Notes: a model not told the origin generated them from the sequence alone. Shown: positions 8,643 through 20,636, counted from the stretch's first letter. The stretch is DNA of 36,308 nt from Candidatus Nanopelagicales bacterium (GCA_021741845.1 JAIOWY010000002.1:1-36308); one strand, 5' to 3'. Numbers and translations are program-made.

Positions 8643-11600
8643 GTGTCCATCAGCACCGAGCGTCGAGCGTTGAACCGCGTCCCATTCTCATCAGCGCCTC
8701 TGGCCCAGGGTTTATATGACCCAGAATTCGAGCACGATGCCTGCGGCGTTGCATTCGTGGCCACGTTAACGGGAACACCTTCGCACGAAATCGTGCAACA
8801 AGGCCTCCTTGCACTGGTCAATCTTGAACACCGTGGCGCATCCGGTGCGGAGCCTGATAGTGGAGATGGAGCCGGAATACTCATCCAAGTTCCTGACGCT
8901 TTTTTGCGCGCTGTTGTGGACTTTGACCTGCCCAGTGCTGGTGCGTATGCAGTGGGCTCTGTATTCCTTGAGCGCGATCACGTGGACGTGACAATTCGTG
9001 AAATAGATGCCGTAGCCGCTCAAGAGGGCTTGCGGGTGATCGGATGGCGGGAAGTTCCCATTGACGACAGCATGATTGGGGACACGGCCCGGAGTTGTAT
9101 GCCAGCTTTTTGGCAGATATTTATCACCGATGACCAGTCCCGAGGGATTGAGCTTGATCGTGCTGTCTACGGTTTTCGTAAATTGGCAGAGCACGAATTG
9201 GGTGTGTATTTCGCTTCTTTATCGAGCCGAACGCTGTTATACAAAGGCATGTTGACCACGGGTCAACTGGCTCCTTTCTTTCCTGATCTCACCGATGACC
9301 GGGTTGCCAGTGCATTGGCACTTGTTCATTCACGTTTTTCCACCAACACCTTTCCGTCGTGGCCCCTTGCGCATCCGTATCGACTGATTGCGCACAACGG
9401 CGAAATCAATACGGTGAGGGGCAACAGAAACTGGATGAGAGCTCGAGAGGCCATGCTGACTTCGGACCTGATTCCCGGAGATCTGACCAGGCTTTTCCCG
9501 ATCTGTTCTCCGTCGGGGAGCGATTCGGCATCTTTCGATGAAACGCTTGAGCTTTTGCATCTTGGCGGGCGCTCACTTCCACATGCCGTTCTCATGATGA
9601 TCCCTGAGGCGTGGGAAAATCATGCGGCCATGTCCGAGGAGCGCCGGGCGTTCTACGAATTTCATGCAACCGTGATGGAACCGTGGGATGGTCCAGCCAA
9701 CGTGTGCTTCACAGATGGGACTGTTATTGGTTCCGTTCTCGATCGCAATGGATTACGCCCGGGTCGCTTCTGGGTAACGGACGATGGCCTCGTTGTGCTG
9801 GCGTCCGAGACCGGCGTCTTGGATATTGCGCCCGAGAGAATAATTCGCAAGGGTCGAGTCCAACCAGGGAAAATGTTCCTCGTTGATACAGCAGCGGGGC
9901 GCATCATTGAGGACTCTGAGATTAAAGACGAATTGGCATCACAGCACCCGTATCAGGAATGGCTCAATGCCGGTTTAATTCATCTCGACACATTGCCTGA
10001 GCGCGAACATATTGTGCACACGCATGAATCTGTGGCGCGCCGACAACAGACATTCGGCTACTCGCAAGAGGACCTCCGGCTGATCCTTGAGCCCATGGCG
10101 CTCACTGGTGCAGAGCCAATCGGTTCCATGGGTACGGATACGCCCATTGCCGCCATCTCGGAACGACCCCGAATGTTGTTTGACTACTTCAGTCAACTCT
10201 TTGCGCAGGTCACTAATCCACCATTGGACGCTATACGCGAGGAAATTGTTACTTCGTTGGGCAGCATTATCGGTCCAGAGGGGAATCTATTAGAGGTATC
10301 TCCAGGTCACGCTCGCCAGGTGGTGCTGCCATTTCCCGTTATTGATAACGACGAGCTTGCCAAAATTCTGCACATCAACGCGGACGGGACGCTTCCGGAG
10401 TTTGCGGCTGCTCGCATCAAAGGTTTATACAACGTTGGCGGCGGGGGAGCTGCATTAGAAAAACGACTGCTGGAGATCTTCAATGAGGTTGATGCTCTGA
10501 TCAGGCAGGGAAAGAGATTTATTGTTCTTTCAGACCGAGATAGCACCGCGTCATTAGCCCCTATTCCTTCCTTGCTGTTGTGTGCTGCGGTGCACCATCA
10601 CCTCGTTCGAACCAAGAACCGAACCATGATCAGTTTGTTGATCGAATCGGGCGATGTCCGGGAGGTGCATCATGTTGCGCTCTTGGTGGGTTACGGTGCC
10701 GCCGCTATCAATCCGTATCTTGCGTTAGAGAGCGTTGAGGATCTAGTTCGGCGTCAAGTCATCACGGACATTTCCCCGGAAAAGGCCATGCGGAATGTGA
10801 TTAAAGCCTTGGGTAAAGGCCTCTTGAAAGTTATGTCGAAAATGGGTGTCTCCACTGTGGCGAGCTATCGAGGGGCTCAGATATTTGAAGCCATTGGCCT
10901 GTCACAGGAATTTATCGACTCCTATTTCACGGGCACCACATCCAAATTAGGCGGTGTGGGTATCGACGTTATCGCTGAGGAAAATGCCTCGAGGCACGCT
11001 GATGCGTATCCTCCCTCGGGAATTTCTCCAGCTCACCGGATCTTGCATGATGGTGGGGAGTATCAGTGGCGTCGAGACGGGTCACCACACCTCTTTGACC
11101 CGGAAACGGTATTTCGCTTGCAACATGCGACTCGCGCCAAGCGCATGGATATTTTCCGCGAGTACACCGAGCGAGTCAACGATCAATCTGAGCAACTAAT
11201 GACTCTGAGGGGTCTGTTCGAACTCGCTTCCGACCGCGAGCCTATTTCGATTGACGATGTTGAACCCATTGAGAACATATTGAAACGTTTTTCGACAGGT
11301 GCCATGTCTTATGGCTCCATATCCGCTGAAGCGCACGAGACACTGGCTATTGCCATGAATCGAATCGGAGCTAAATCCAATACCGGTGAAGGCGGGGAAG
11401 ATCCCGAGCGGTTCCTCGTGATGGATAACGGCGACTCTAAGCGTTCGGCGATCAAGCAAGTTGCCTCAGGAAGATTCGGCGTTACCAGCGAATACCTCGT
11501 CAACAGTGACGATATTCAAATCAAAATGGCCCAGGGGGCGAAACCAGGTGAAGGTGGTCAGTTACCTGGGAACAAGGTGTACCCATGGATCGCCAAGACT

Positions 11601-13181
11601 CGACATTCCACGCCCGGAGTGACGTTGATCTCGCCACCGCCTCATCATGATATTTATTCCATTGAGGACTTGGCTCAGCTGATTCACGATCTCAAGAATG
11701 CCAATGCTCAAGCGCGCATCCATGTGAAGTTGGTAGCCGAGGTGGGAGTGGGGACAGTGGCTGCAGGTGTGGCAAAAGCCCACGCTGATGTTGTCTTGAT
11801 TTCCGGTCACGATGGAGGCACGGGTGCTTCACCGCTCACATCACTCAAGCACGCCGGTGCACCGTGGGAGTTAGGTCTGGCAGAAACCCAACAAACCCTC
11901 ATTCTCAATGGGCTGCGAGATCGTGTTGTTGTGCAAACCGATGGTCAACTAAAGACTGGCCGCGATGTCGTGATCGCCGCACTGCTCGGTGCGGAGGAAT
12001 TTGGATTTGCCACAGCACCTTTGGTCGTTATGGGCTGCATTCTGATGCGGGTGTGTCATCTCGACACGTGCCCTGTCGGTGTTGCCACGCAAAATCCACT
12101 ATTGCGCGAACGTTTCACCGGAAAGCCGGAATTCGTAGAGACATTCTTCGAATATATTGCGCAGGAAGTCAGGGAAATTCTTGCCCAGTTGGGCTTCCGG
12201 AGCATTGCTGAGGCGGTCGGCCATGTGGAAGCACTCAACGCTGAGAGAGCAATTGATCACTGGAAGACCGCGGGTATGGACCTTTCGCCCATCCTCCTCC
12301 CGGTGGAATTGCCGTCAGGAACCGAGCGCCGCTGTGTCAGGTCACAGGATCATTCACTCGAGAAAGCATTGGACAACCAATTGATCGAATTGAGTCGGCC
12401 TGCTTTAGAGTCAGGTGAGCCAGTTCGTATTCAACTTCCAATTCGAAATGTAAACCGCACAGTTGGAACCATGTTGGGCAGCGAAATTACCCGTCATGGG
12501 GGTTTACCAAGTGACGCCATCGACATCACATTCACCGGATCTGCGGGACAGAGTTTTGGCGCCTTTATTCCCCAGGGGTTAACACTTCGACTGGAGGGAG
12601 ATGCCAACGATTATGTTGGAAAGGGACTTTCCGGTGGTCGAATAATTATCCGCCCTGACAGGGCTGCCACATTCGTTGCTGAGGAGCACACCATTGCCGG
12701 CAACGTACTGGCCTACGGAGCAACCGGTGGCGAGCTCTTTATTCGTGGCAAGGTGGGTGAGCGCTTCTGTGTCCGAAATTCGGGAGCACGTGCGGTCGTC
12801 GAAGGAGTAGGTGACCACGCTTGTGAATACATGACCGGCGGTATTGCGGTGGTCTTGGGGACAATTGGCCGCAATTTTGCTGCGGGAATGTCTGGAGGGC
12901 TGGCCTTTGTTCTTGATCTGGACCCATCACTTGTCAATTCGGAATTGGTGGAACTCAACACCCTCAGCGAATCGGACTCCCTTGTTTTGCGGGAATTAGT
13001 TGCTGCGCACGTGGAAAACACCGACTCACTCCGTGGCTTGGAGTTGCTGGCCGCGTGGAGTGCTGCTGTCAATCGATTCACCAAAGTCATTCCACGTGAC
13101 TACAAGAGAATCCTTGACATTGAAGAACAAGCACGAGCCACGGGAGAAGATCCCATGGCCGCCATCATGAGTAGTTTGTAG
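8643..13181 (+). CDS. gltB: Glutamate synthase (NADPH) large subunit
   Basis: 1512 aa. Ntn-amidotransferase Cys follows a propeptide ([10 protein letters not shown]). FMN/central-domain motifs SNTGEGGE and [16 protein letters not shown]. Fe-S motif [14 protein letters not shown]-terminal GXGXG beta-helix domain. Strong SD AAGGAGG lies 5 nt before GTG 8643. Confidence 0.96.
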   Translation: MSISTERRALNRVPFSSAPLAQGLYDPEFEHDACGVAFVATLTGTPSHEIVQQGLLALVNLEHRGASGAEPDSGDGAGILIQVPDAFLRAVVDFDLPSAGAYAVGSVFLERDHVDVTIREIDAVAAQEGLRVIGWREVPIDDSMIGDTARSCMPAFWQIFITDDQSRGIELDRAVYGFRKLAEHELGVYFASLSSRTLLYKGMLTTGQLAPFFPDLTDDRVASALALVHSRFSTNTFPSWPLAHPYRLIAHNGEINTVRGNRNWMRAREAMLTSDLIPGDLTRLFPICSPSGSDSASFDETLELLHLGGRSLPHAVLMMIPEAWENHAAMSEERRAFYEFHATVMEPWDGPANVCFTDGTVIGSVLDRNGLRPGRFWVTDDGLVVLASETGVLDIAPERIIRKGRVQPGKMFLVDTAAGRIIEDSEIKDELASQHPYQEWLNAGLIHLDTLPEREHIVHTHESVARRQQTFGYSQEDLRLILEPMALTGAEPIGSMGTDTPIAAISERPRMLFDYFSQLFAQVTNPPLDAIREEIVTSLGSIIGPEGNLLEVSPGHARQVVLPFPVIDNDELAKILHINADGTLPEFAAARIKGLYNVGGGGAALEKRLLEIFNEVDALIRQGKRFIVLSDRDSTASLAPIPSLLLCAAVHHHLVRTKNRTMISLLIESGDVREVHHVALLVGYGAAAINPYLALESVEDLVRRQVITDISPEKAMRNVIKALGKGLLKVMSKMGVSTVASYRGAQIFEAIGLSQEFIDSYFTGTTSKLGGVGIDVIAEENASRHADAYPPSGISPAHRILHDGGEYQWRRDGSPHLFDPETVFRLQHATRAKRMDIFREYTERVNDQSEQLMTLRGLFELASDREPISIDDVEPIENILKRFSTGAMSYGSISAEAHETLAIAMNRIGAKSNTGEGGEDPERFLVMDNGDSKRSAIKQVASGRFGVTSEYLVNSDDIQIKMAQGAKPGEGGQLPGNKVYPWIAKTRHSTPGVTLISPPPHHDIYSIEDLAQLIHDLKNANAQARIHVKLVAEVGVGTVAAGVAKAHADVVLISGHDGGTGASPLTSLKHAGAPWELGLAETQQTLILNGLRDRVVVQTDGQLKTGRDVVIAALLGAEEFGFATAPLVVMGCILMRVCHLDTCPVGVATQNPLLRERFTGKPEFVETFFEYIAQEVREILAQLGFRSIAEAVGHVEALNAERAIDHWKTAGMDLSPILLPVELPSGTERRCVRSQDHSLEKALDNQLIELSRPALESGEPVRIQLPIRNVNRTVGTMLGSEITRHGGLPSDAIDITFTGSAGQSFGAFIPQGLTLRLEGDANDYVGKGLSGGRIIIRPDRAATFVAEEHTIAGNVLAYGATGGELFIRGKVGERFCVRNSGARAVVEGVGDHACEYMTGGIAVVLGTIGRNFAAGMSGGLAFVLDLDPSLVNSELVELNTLSESDSLVLRELVAAHVENTDSLRGLELLAAWSAAVNRFTKVIPRDYKRILDIEEQARATGEDPMAAIMSSL

Positions 13182-13191
13182 GAGGTGCGAC

Positions 13192-14646
13192 ATGGGAGAT
13201 CCACAAGGCTTTTTGACAACTGATCGCCAACTTCCACAGCGGCGACCGGTGGATGTTCGAATACGTGACTGGCATGAGGTCTATGAAGAATTCGAAGCCC
13301 GAAGTGTGGAGGAGCAAGCCGGTCGGTGTATGGATTGCGGTATTCCGTTCTGCCATAACGGCTGTCCACTGGGCAACCTGATTCCCGAATGGAATGACCT
13401 GATCTTTGAACGCGATTGGGGTCAAGCAATTGAACGGTTGCACGCGACGAATAATTTCCCCGAATTCACGGGACGCCTCTGCCCGGCGCCATGTGAAGCT
13501 GCCTGCGTCCTCGGCATAAATGCCGAACCGGTCACGATCAAACAGGTTGAGGTGTCGATCGTGGACAAAGCTTGGCAGTCTGGATGGATCACACCGGCAC
13601 CTCCGGATCGCCTGTCCGGGAAAACTGTTGCTGTGGTCGGCTCAGGGCCTGCAGGGTTAGCAGCAGCGCAGCAGTTGGCCCGCGCGGGTCACACGGTGGC
13701 GGTCTTTGAACGAGCCGACCGCATCGGTGGGCTCCTTCGTTATGGAATTCCTGAATTCAAAATGGAAAAGCACCACGTTGATCAACGTCTGCGACAAATG
13801 GAGGCCGAGGGGGTGAAGTTTCGCCCCGGTGTCGAAATCGGGGTGGATGTGACCGCGACGGATCTTCGGCGACGCTACGACGCGATCGTTCTGGCGGTGG
13901 GGGCCACGGTGTCGCGCGACCTGATGGTGCCCGGACGGGAACTTGATGGCATCTATCAGGCTATGGAGTTTCTGCCGTTCGCTAACCGCGTGCAGGAAGG
14001 GGACTTTGAGCAATCACCTGTCGATGTTGCCGGAAAGAATGTCGTGATTTTAGGTGGTGGTGATACCGGAGCAGACTGTCTGGGTACCGCGCACCGGCAG
14101 GGGGCGGCATCGGTCATGCAATTGGAAATCATGCCGCACCCAGAAAATAGCCGACCTCAATCCCAGCCATGGCCGACCTACCCCATGGTGTACCGCGTAA
14201 CGAGTGCCCATGAAGAGGGTGGAGAGCGCATGTTTTCGGTGTCTACCCAACGGTTCCTCAGTGATAACGGGGTGGCTGTATCCGGATTAGAACTCGTGGA
14301 AGTCGAGTTTGTCGATGGAACTTTTGTTGCTCGGCCAGGAACCGAGCATGTCATCCCGGCCGATGTCGTGCTGTTGGCATTGGGATTCACCGGTGCTGAG
14401 CCGGCCCCGTATATCCAGGATTTGGGGCTGGGATTGGACAACCGAGGAAATATCGCCCGGAATAAGGATTTCAGTACCACCGTGGACGGTGTGTTTGTCG
14501 CCGGTGATGCTGGTCGTGGGCAGTCCCTCATTGTGTGGGCCATTGCTGAGGGCCGTGCTGCCGCATCGAGCGTAGATGCCTTCCTTATGGGGTCGACAAA
14601 TTTGCCCGCACCTATCCGCGCCACTGACCGTCCACTCACCGTCTAG
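13192..14646 (+). CDS. gltD: Glutamate synthase (NADPH) small subunit
   Basis: Fe-S Cys clusters CMDCGIPFCHNGCP and CPAPCEAAC. Dinucleotide folds VVGSGPAGLAAA and ILGGGDTGADC. SD GGAGGTG precedes the ATG. Confidence 0.95.
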   Translation: MGDPQGFLTTDRQLPQRRPVDVRIRDWHEVYEEFEARSVEEQAGRCMDCGIPFCHNGCPLGNLIPEWNDLIFERDWGQAIERLHATNNFPEFTGRLCPAPCEAACVLGINAEPVTIKQVEVSIVDKAWQSGWITPAPPDRLSGKTVAVVGSGPAGLAAAQQLARAGHTVAVFERADRIGGLLRYGIPEFKMEKHHVDQRLRQMEAEGVKFRPGVEIGVDVTATDLRRRYDAIVLAVGATVSRDLMVPGRELDGIYQAMEFLPFANRVQEGDFEQSPVDVAGKNVVILGGGDTGADCLGTAHRQGAASVMQLEIMPHPENSRPQSQPWPTYPMVYRVTSAHEEGGERMFSVSTQRFLSDNGVAVSGLELVEVEFVDGTFVARPGTEHVIPADVVLLALGFTGAEPAPYIQDLGLGLDNRGNIARNKDFSTTVDGVFVAGDAGRGQSLIVWAIAEGRAAASSVDAFLMGSTNLPAPIRATDRPLTV

Positions 14647-14690
14647 TCCGATGTCACCGGTGTGTAATCGTTTACAAGTAAGGTGTGACC

Positions 14691-16124
14691 ATGCGTAGGG
14701 CAAAAATCGTGGCCACTTTAGGCCCAGCAACCCACAGTGAACAAGCAATCACCGATTTGGTGATAGCGGGAATGGACGTCGCCCGGTTGAACCTGTCCCA
14801 CGGGGATTACCAGGATCACCTGCAGGCATACAACTGGGTGCGGGCTGCGTCTGACTCCACGGGCCGCAGTGTGGCTGTATTGGTGGATCTCCAAGGTCCA
14901 AAAATTCGCCTTGGCCGTTTCGCCGACGGTCCGGTGGAATTGGTCGCTGGTCAAGAGTTCATTGTCACGACGGAGGATTGTCCCGGCGATTCCACCATGG
15001 TGTCCACCACCTTCACTGGCCTGCCACGCGATGTTTCACCGGGGGATTCGGTGCTCGTCGACGACGGCCGTATTGAGCTCCAGGTAACAAAAATTGTTGG
15101 GCAACGTGTTCATACAAAGGTTATTGACGGTGGAATGGTGTCCAATAACAAGGGCTTTAACCTTCCCGGGGTGGCGGTGAGCGTGCCAGCACTGTCGGAG
15201 AAGGACCGCGAGGACCTCCGGTGGGGATTACAGACAGGTGCTGATCTGATCGCCCTTTCCTTTGTGCGCTCCTCGGCAGATATTCACGATGTCCACATGA
15301 TCATGGACGAGCTTGGAATCCGGGTTCCCGTGCTGGCAAAAGTAGAAAAGCCACAAGCGGTAGAGAATCTCGAGGACATTATTTCCGCCTTTGACGGTGT
15401 GATGGTGGCTCGCGGAGACCTCGGTGTCGAATTGCCGCTGGAACAGGTGCCGCTCGTGCAAAAGCGCGCCATCCAAATGTGCCGAGAAGCGGGCAAGCCG
15501 GTGATCGTAGCTACCCAAATGTTGGACTCCATGATTTCCGACAACCGCCCCACACGTGCAGAAGTCAGCGATGTTGCTAATGCAGTGCTCGATGGCGCCG
15601 ATGCACTCATGCTCTCCGGCGAAACCAGTGTCGGGGTTCACCCTGCTCATGCGGTGGAAACGATGTCCACGATTATTGCTCATTTAGAAGAAGAGGCGCT
15701 AGATCGGCTACCACCGCTGCAGGACTCACCGACTGGATCAACTGCGCGCGCATTGACCCACGCTGCCGTTGATGTCGCGGAAAGCATCGCTGCTTCGTAT
15801 CTCATTGCTTTTACCGAAACTGGTCGATCAGCGCGTTTGATTTCGCGTTGGCGTTGTCACACCCCGTTATTGGCCTTCACTCCCAACCCGCGGGTACGGA
15901 GTCAGCTCTCGCTGAGCTGGGGTGTTGAAACGTTCTTAGTCCCTCAGGTTCGTCACACCGACGACATGGTGGTGCAAGTCGACAAAGCATTACTCGAAAT
16001 TGGTCGAGCAACAGCCGGTGAGCGTGTGGTTATTGTGGCTGGAGTGCCCCCGGGTGTTCCGGGCACCACTAACGGTATGCGTGTCCACAAGATGGGTAGC
16101 GGCGGTGCCGGCGGGGGCGTGTAG
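14691..16124 (+). CDS. pyk: Pyruvate kinase
   Basis: Motifs RRAKIVATLGP, NLSHG, MVARGDLGVE, ATQML.SM. I prefer ATG 14691 to the track's GTG 14685. Confidence 0.93.
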   Translation: MRRAKIVATLGPATHSEQAITDLVIAGMDVARLNLSHGDYQDHLQAYNWVRAASDSTGRSVAVLVDLQGPKIRLGRFADGPVELVAGQEFIVTTEDCPGDSTMVSTTFTGLPRDVSPGDSVLVDDGRIELQVTKIVGQRVHTKVIDGGMVSNNKGFNLPGVAVSVPALSEKDREDLRWGLQTGADLIALSFVRSSADIHDVHMIMDELGIRVPVLAKVEKPQAVENLEDIISAFDGVMVARGDLGVELPLEQVPLVQKRAIQMCREAGKPVIVATQMLDSMISDNRPTRAEVSDVANAVLDGADALMLSGETSVGVHPAHAVETMSTIIAHLEEEALDRLPPLQDSPTGSTARALTHAAVDVAESIAASYLIAFTETGRSARLISRWRCHTPLLAFTPNPRVRSQLSLSWGVETFLVPQVRHTDDMVVQVDKALLEIGRATAGERVVIVAGVPPGVPGTTNGMRVHKMGSGGAGGGV

Positions 16125-16177
16125 AGTTCGAGTTACTCAATACAACAGTTAGCACCACTCTTAATTCCAGAGCAGCA

Positions 16178-16212
16178 TCCTTTAAAGCCCGTCCAGAGAG
16201 GCGGGGAAGGAG
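16178..16212 (+). promoter_or_regulatory. PyrR-binding RNA hairpin overlapping the pyrR Shine-Dalgarno (translational-repression type)
   Basis: Lower stem UCCUUU (16178-83) pairs with GAAGGA (16206-11). A 5' purine bulge AAAG follows. Upper stem CCCG (16188-91) pairs with CGGG (16202-05). The loop UCCAGAGAGG (16192-201) matches the conserved PyrR recognition core as I remember it. SD AAGGAG (16207-12) lies 5 nt before ATG 16218. Confidence 0.6.
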
Positions 16213-16217
16213 CACGA

Positions 16218-16769
16218 ATGAGTACGCATCAGCACAGCGGTCTGCGGGTTGTCGCGGACTCCGCGGACATTGCCCGCGCACTTCGGCGCATCTCTCACGA
16301 AATATTGGAGAACCTCAAAGGGGCTCACGACCTGGTCCTTCTCGGAATTCCCTCCCGCGGTGTTCCGCTAGCTCACCGGATTGCAGCTAATGTGGCCGCT
16401 ATTGAGGGAAGTGCTGTTCCGGTTGGTTCCCTCGATGTCACGCTATTTCGCGATGACCTCCGCTTGCGTCCGGCAAAGACATTGGGCCGCACTGACCTTC
16501 CGTCCGGTGGAATAGACGGCAAAGTGGTTGTGTTAGTTGACGATGTCCTCTATTCAGGAAGAACTATTCGTGCGGCTCTCGATGCCCTGAATGAGTATGG
16601 CCGTCCACGCATTGTTCAGTTGGCCGCTCTGGTGGACCGAGGTCACCGTGAGTTACCGATTCGAGCGGATTATGTTGGTAAGAATTTGCCCACTTCGCAC
16701 CGAGAGACGGTGTCAGTTGAATTGGCTGAGTGTGACTCGGTTGATCAGATTGTGATTGACGAATCATGA
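16218..16769 (+). CDS. pyrR: Bifunctional pyr mRNA-binding regulator / uracil phosphoribosyltransferase
   Basis: PRPP-binding motif [18 protein letters not shown]. Length of about 183 aa. First gene of the pyr array. Confidence 0.93.
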   Translation: MSTHQHSGLRVVADSADIARALRRISHEILENLKGAHDLVLLGIPSRGVPLAHRIAANVAAIEGSAVPVGSLDVTLFRDDLRLRPAKTLGRTDLPSGGIDGKVVVLVDDVLYSGRTIRAALDALNEYGRPRIVQLAALVDRGHRELPIRADYVGKNLPTSHRETVSVELAECDSVDQIVIDES

Positions 16770-17701
16770 AGCATCTCATCTCGGTGCAGGACCTATCTGC
16801 AGCTGAAGCGTTACAGATTCTGGACACCGCGGCGGAACTGGACCAATTGACCGATCATGGTGCCAAGAAATTACCCACTCTTCGTGGTCGTACCGTGGTG
16901 AATTTGTTCTATGAGGATTCAACCCGGACTCGCCTCTCATTTGAACTGGCAGCAAAGCGTCTCTCGGCGGATGTCATTACCTTTTCCGCAAAAGGCTCGA
17001 GTGTTTCCAAAGGAGAGAGTCTCAAAGACACGGCTCTAACGCTAGAGGCCATGGGGGCTGATGCCGTTGTGGTGCGGCACTCCGCATCTGGTGCCGCCCA
17101 CCGACTTGCCAATAGTGGATGGATTCATTCGACCATCATTAACGCGGGCGACGGAACACATCAACATCCAACGCAAGCACTCCTGGACGCCTTTACCATC
17201 CGACAAGAGTTGGGGCTGGGAACGTCGGACCTGAGTGGGCTAACCATAGGAATTGTGGGAGATATTCTGCACAGCAGAGTTGCCCGCTCCAATATTTTCC
17301 TGCTGAGCACTTTGGGAGCGCGGGTAATTGTCATTGGCCCACCGACACTTATGCCCGTGGGAATCGAATCGTGGCCCTGTGACGTTCGATACCAACTTGA
17401 CGACACTCTGGCGGAATTGGATGTGATCATGATGCTGCGTATCCAGCAGGAACGAATGAATGGCTCTTTTTTCCCATCCGGGGAGGAATACAGTCGCCAG
17501 TACGGTCTTAATCGCGCCCGAGCTGACCAATTGCCTCCCGGAGCCATTGTGTTACACCCTGGACCCATGAATCGTGGAATGGAAATTACCGCCGAAGTCG
17601 CCGACAGTGATAAAAGTGTGATCACGCAACAGGTTGCAAATGGTGTGACAGTTCGCATGGCGGCGTTGTATCTATTGGTAGGAGGACATTCCGGTGAGTA
17701 G
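16766..17701 (+). CDS. pyrB: Aspartate carbamoyltransferase catalytic subunit
   Basis: Motifs [29 protein letters not shown] overlap with pyrR. Confidence 0.95.
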   Translation: MKHLISVQDLSAAEALQILDTAAELDQLTDHGAKKLPTLRGRTVVNLFYEDSTRTRLSFELAAKRLSADVITFSAKGSSVSKGESLKDTALTLEAMGADAVVVRHSASGAAHRLANSGWIHSTIINAGDGTHQHPTQALLDAFTIRQELGLGTSDLSGLTIGIVGDILHSRVARSNIFLLSTLGARVIVIGPPTLMPVGIESWPCDVRYQLDDTLAELDVIMMLRIQQERMNGSFFPSGEEYSRQYGLNRARADQLPPGAIVLHPGPMNRGMEITAEVADSDKSVITQQVANGVTVRMAALYLLVGGHSGE

Positions 17702-18992
17702 TGCACAAGACTGCGTTGTCACGAATGCACGAATCTATGGAGAAGACGCGGTTGATATTCGCATCTCAGACGGAGTAATTACCGCTATTGGGTCAGATCT
17801 CACTAGGGAAGGTGCACGTATCGTCGACGCAGGAGGATGTGTTGTCCTACCTTCCTTTGTTGATTTGCATACCCACCTTCGACAGCCGGGCCGAGAAGAC
17901 GCAGAGACTGTTGAGACCGGAACTCGTGCTGCTGCGCTGGGGGGTTTTTCAGCGGTCTTTGCCATGGCAAATACCTCGCCTGTTGCCGACACAGCAGGAG
18001 TAGTCGAACAGGTCTATCGGTTGGGTCGCGAGGCAGGGTTCGTTGACGTATTCCCGGTAGGGGCGGTAACCGTGGGAATTGCGGGAGAGAAATTGGCGGA
18101 AATCGGCGCCATGGCTCACTCGGCCGCTCAGGTGCGTGTATTTAGCGACGACGGCCACTGCGTGTCTGATCCGCTGATCATGCGCAGAGCGTTGGAATAC
18201 GTGAAGGCATTTGACGGCGTGATTGCCCAGCATGCACAAGAGCCCCGATTGACCGAGGGAGCCCAAATGAATGAGGGCGAACTCTCCGGCGTGCTTGGCC
18301 TGGCCGGATGGCCCGCGGTGGCAGAAGAAGCAATTATTGCTCGAGATATTTTATTGGCATCCCATGTTGATTCCCGCTTACACATTTGTCACGTTTCTAC
18401 GGCCGGTAGTGTCGAGATTATTCGCTGGGCAAAATCACAGGGAATTGCCGTGACCGCCGAAGTCACTCCGCATCACCTGCTCCTGACTGAGGACCTCGTT
18501 GCGCTCTACGATCCGGTGTACAAAGTCAACCCGCCATTGCGCACTCGAGCGGACGTCGAGGCACTTCGGCAAGGACTAGCCGACGGAACAATTGACATTG
18601 TTGCCACCGATCACGCACCACATCCGCACGAATCAAAGGACTGTGAATGGGGCGCCGCAGCGTTCGGGATGCTGGGACTAGAAACTGCATTAGGTGCGGT
18701 CACCTTGGCAATGCGGGATTACCCCACGTGGAACTGGCGAACTCTCGCTGAGCGAATGTCCAGTACGCCGGCTCACATTGGCCACGCACATGGTCACGGG
18801 CGCCCCCTGGCAGTGGGGGAGCCAGCTAATCTGGTGATTATTGACAGTGAATCAGAACGGGTCATTGACCCTCGTAATTTCGCGTCCATATCGCGCAACT
18901 CACCGTACGCCGCCATGACGCTCCCTACTGTGATTAAGCACGTGTTGCTGCGTGGCCGCGACATTGTCAGAGACGGTGAGATTGTTGCCTGA
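17694..18992 (+). CDS. pyrC: Dihydroorotase
   Basis: Metal-binding motifs [10 protein letters not shown] and VATDHAPH. 8-nt overlap with pyrB. Confidence 0.93.
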   Translation: MSSAQDCVVTNARIYGEDAVDIRISDGVITAIGSDLTREGARIVDAGGCVVLPSFVDLHTHLRQPGREDAETVETGTRAAALGGFSAVFAMANTSPVADTAGVVEQVYRLGREAGFVDVFPVGAVTVGIAGEKLAEIGAMAHSAAQVRVFSDDGHCVSDPLIMRRALEYVKAFDGVIAQHAQEPRLTEGAQMNEGELSGVLGLAGWPAVAEEAIIARDILLASHVDSRLHICHVSTAGSVEIIRWAKSQGIAVTAEVTPHHLLLTEDLVALYDPVYKVNPPLRTRADVEALRQGLADGTIDIVATDHAPHPHESKDCEWGAAAFGMLGLETALGAVTLAMRDYPTWNWRTLAERMSSTPAHIGHAHGHGRPLAVGEPANLVIIDSESERVIDPRNFASISRNSPYAAMTLPTVIKHVLLRGRDIVRDGEIVA

Positions 18993-19521
18993 ATCAGCCC
19001 CCGTTACCGATTGGCCTCTGCGCCTTCTTCTCCTCACGATCATGCTCGTCATGATCGGCCTCGTACTCTTTCAGTTGCGGCGCCGCTGGGTTCGCTTAGA
19101 ACAGGAAAGTGAGGGGGTCTACCCGGCTCCGCCGACCACCGCGCCCGCGGAATTCCTCCCGGAAGTAGAGGTGGTCGGGCTTTTTCTTGGCAGCTCGCCC
19201 GTGGGTCAGTGGATGAAAAGAATCATGGCACATGGCTTGGGTGTGAGGTCCCGAGCGACTCTGCTGTGGGCACCCCGGGGCGTGGCATTCCAGCGGCAGG
19301 GTGAGTTGAACTTCTTTATTGGCGCGGAGGATATTCTCACGGCGGGCTTTGGTCGGGGAGTGGCGGGCACAGTTCGCGCTAAGGACAGTGTGCTGGTGAT
19401 CCGCTGGAAATTGGGCGAGGCAATACTTGACTCTGGATTCCGAGCCGACACGTCAGAAGGTCACCAAGCACTCATGCAGATTCAACAGATGATCGAAATA
19501 CAAGCGAGGCCTGCCACATGA
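18952..19521 (+). CDS. Uncharacterised membrane-anchored protein conserved between pyrC and carA (Rv1382-like position)
   Basis: One N-terminal TM helix ([18 protein letters not shown]) followed by a soluble domain of about 130 aa. ATGA overlap with carA at the 3' end. The start is unresolved: GTG 18952, GTG 18976, TTG 18982 or TTG 18985, the last preceded by GGTGAG. There is no recognisable catalytic motif. Confidence 0.62.
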   Translation: MAATLSETVRLLPESAPVTDWPLRLLLLTIMLVMIGLVLFQLRRRWVRLEQESEGVYPAPPTTAPAEFLPEVEVVGLFLGSSPVGQWMKRIMAHGLGVRSRATLLWAPRGVAFQRQGELNFFIGAEDILTAGFGRGVAGTVRAKDSVLVIRWKLGEAILDSGFRADTSEGHQALMQIQQMIEIQARPAT

Positions 19522-20636
19522 AGCGTTCGGCGATACTTGTCCTCGAGGATGGATTCGTCCTCCGCGGAATTCCATGGGGCGCACCCGGATCCGCATTCGG
19601 GGAGGCCGTCTTCTCCACCGGAATGACCGGGTATCAGGAGACGCTCACGGATCCCTCGTACTGTGGACAAATTGTGGTCATGACCGCACCCCATATTGGC
19701 AACACGGGCGTTAACTCGGAGGATCCAGAGTCGGAGCGCATGTGGCCATCTGGTTTTGTGGTTCGCGAGGTGTCGAGAACCGTCTCTAATTGGCGCGCGA
19801 CAGGCACGCTGAATGATGCACTGATCGAGAACAACATTGTCGGGATTTGCGGGGTCGATACGCGTGCACTGACTCGTCACCTCCGCGATCGGGGTGCCAT
19901 GCGCATGGGGATTTTTTCCGGCGATCAAGCACATCGTCCGGTAGAGGACCTCGTCGCTCTGGTGGCCGCGTCACCTCCCATGGCCGGGTCCAGCTTCACC
20001 GAGCAGGTGACCACAACCCAGATGTACACCATTGAGCCGCAGGGTCAGTGTCGCGCCACCTGTGTTGCCGTGGACCTAGGCATCAAATCCATGACGCCAC
20101 GGCGCATGGCCGAACGCGGAATCCGAGTTCACGTCGTTCCGGCACATGTGACATGGGACCAAATCATGGCACTGAAACCCGACGGTGTTTTTCTGTCCAA
20201 TGGGCCCGGGGATCCCGCAACCGCCGACCACGCCATGAACCTCGTTCAATCGGCACTGGAATCCCGAATACCCGTTTTTGGAATTTGTTTCGGACACCAA
20301 ATTCTGGGTCGAGCCATTGGGTTAGGCACCTACAAATTGCAGTACGGGCATCGAGGAATCAACCAGCCGGTGAAGGACCTCGCCACCGGAAAAGTGGAAA
20401 TAACCGCTCATAATCACGGCTTCGCCGTTAAAGCTCCAGATTCCATGGAGTTTGACACTCCGTATGGCCGTGCGCGGGTTTCGCATATCTGTCTCAACGA
20501 CAATGTCGTTGAGGGACTGGAATTAATGGAGACCTCAGCCTTTAGCGTTCAGTATCACCCTGAAGCTGCTGCTGGACCACATGATTCGGACTATCTATTC
20601 GACCGATTCCTAGAAAAGATGTGTGCACATGCCTAA
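19518..20636 (+). CDS. carA: Carbamoyl-phosphate synthase small (glutaminase) subunit
   Basis: Triad context GICFGHQ and YHPEA. N-terminal motif [14 protein letters not shown]. Confidence 0.95.
   Translation: MKRSAILVLEDGFVLRGIPWGAPGSAFGEAVFSTGMTGYQETLTDPSYCGQIVVMTAPHIGNTGVNSEDPESERMWPSGFVVREVSRTVSNWRATGTLNDALIENNIVGICGVDTRALTRHLRDRGAMRMGIFSGDQAHRPVEDLVALVAASPPMAGSSFTEQVTTTQMYTIEPQGQCRATCVAVDLGIKSMTPRRMAERGIRVHVVPAHVTWDQIMALKPDGVFLSNGPGDPATADHAMNLVQSALESRIPVFGICFGHQILGRAIGLGTYKLQYGHRGINQPVKDLATGKVEITAHNHGFAVKAPDSMEFDTPYGRARVSHICLNDNVVEGLELMETSAFSVQYHPEAAAGPHDSDYLFDRFLEKMCAHA

Noticed and set aside
8621-8719. Short ATG-initiated ORF ([11 protein letters not shown]...) in the gltB leader that could be a uORF or leader peptide.
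   Set aside because: It runs out of frame into gltB and contains the gltB SD in its own coding sequence. It has no SD of its own and no regulatory codon bias such as Glu/Gln runs. It is most likely fortuitous.
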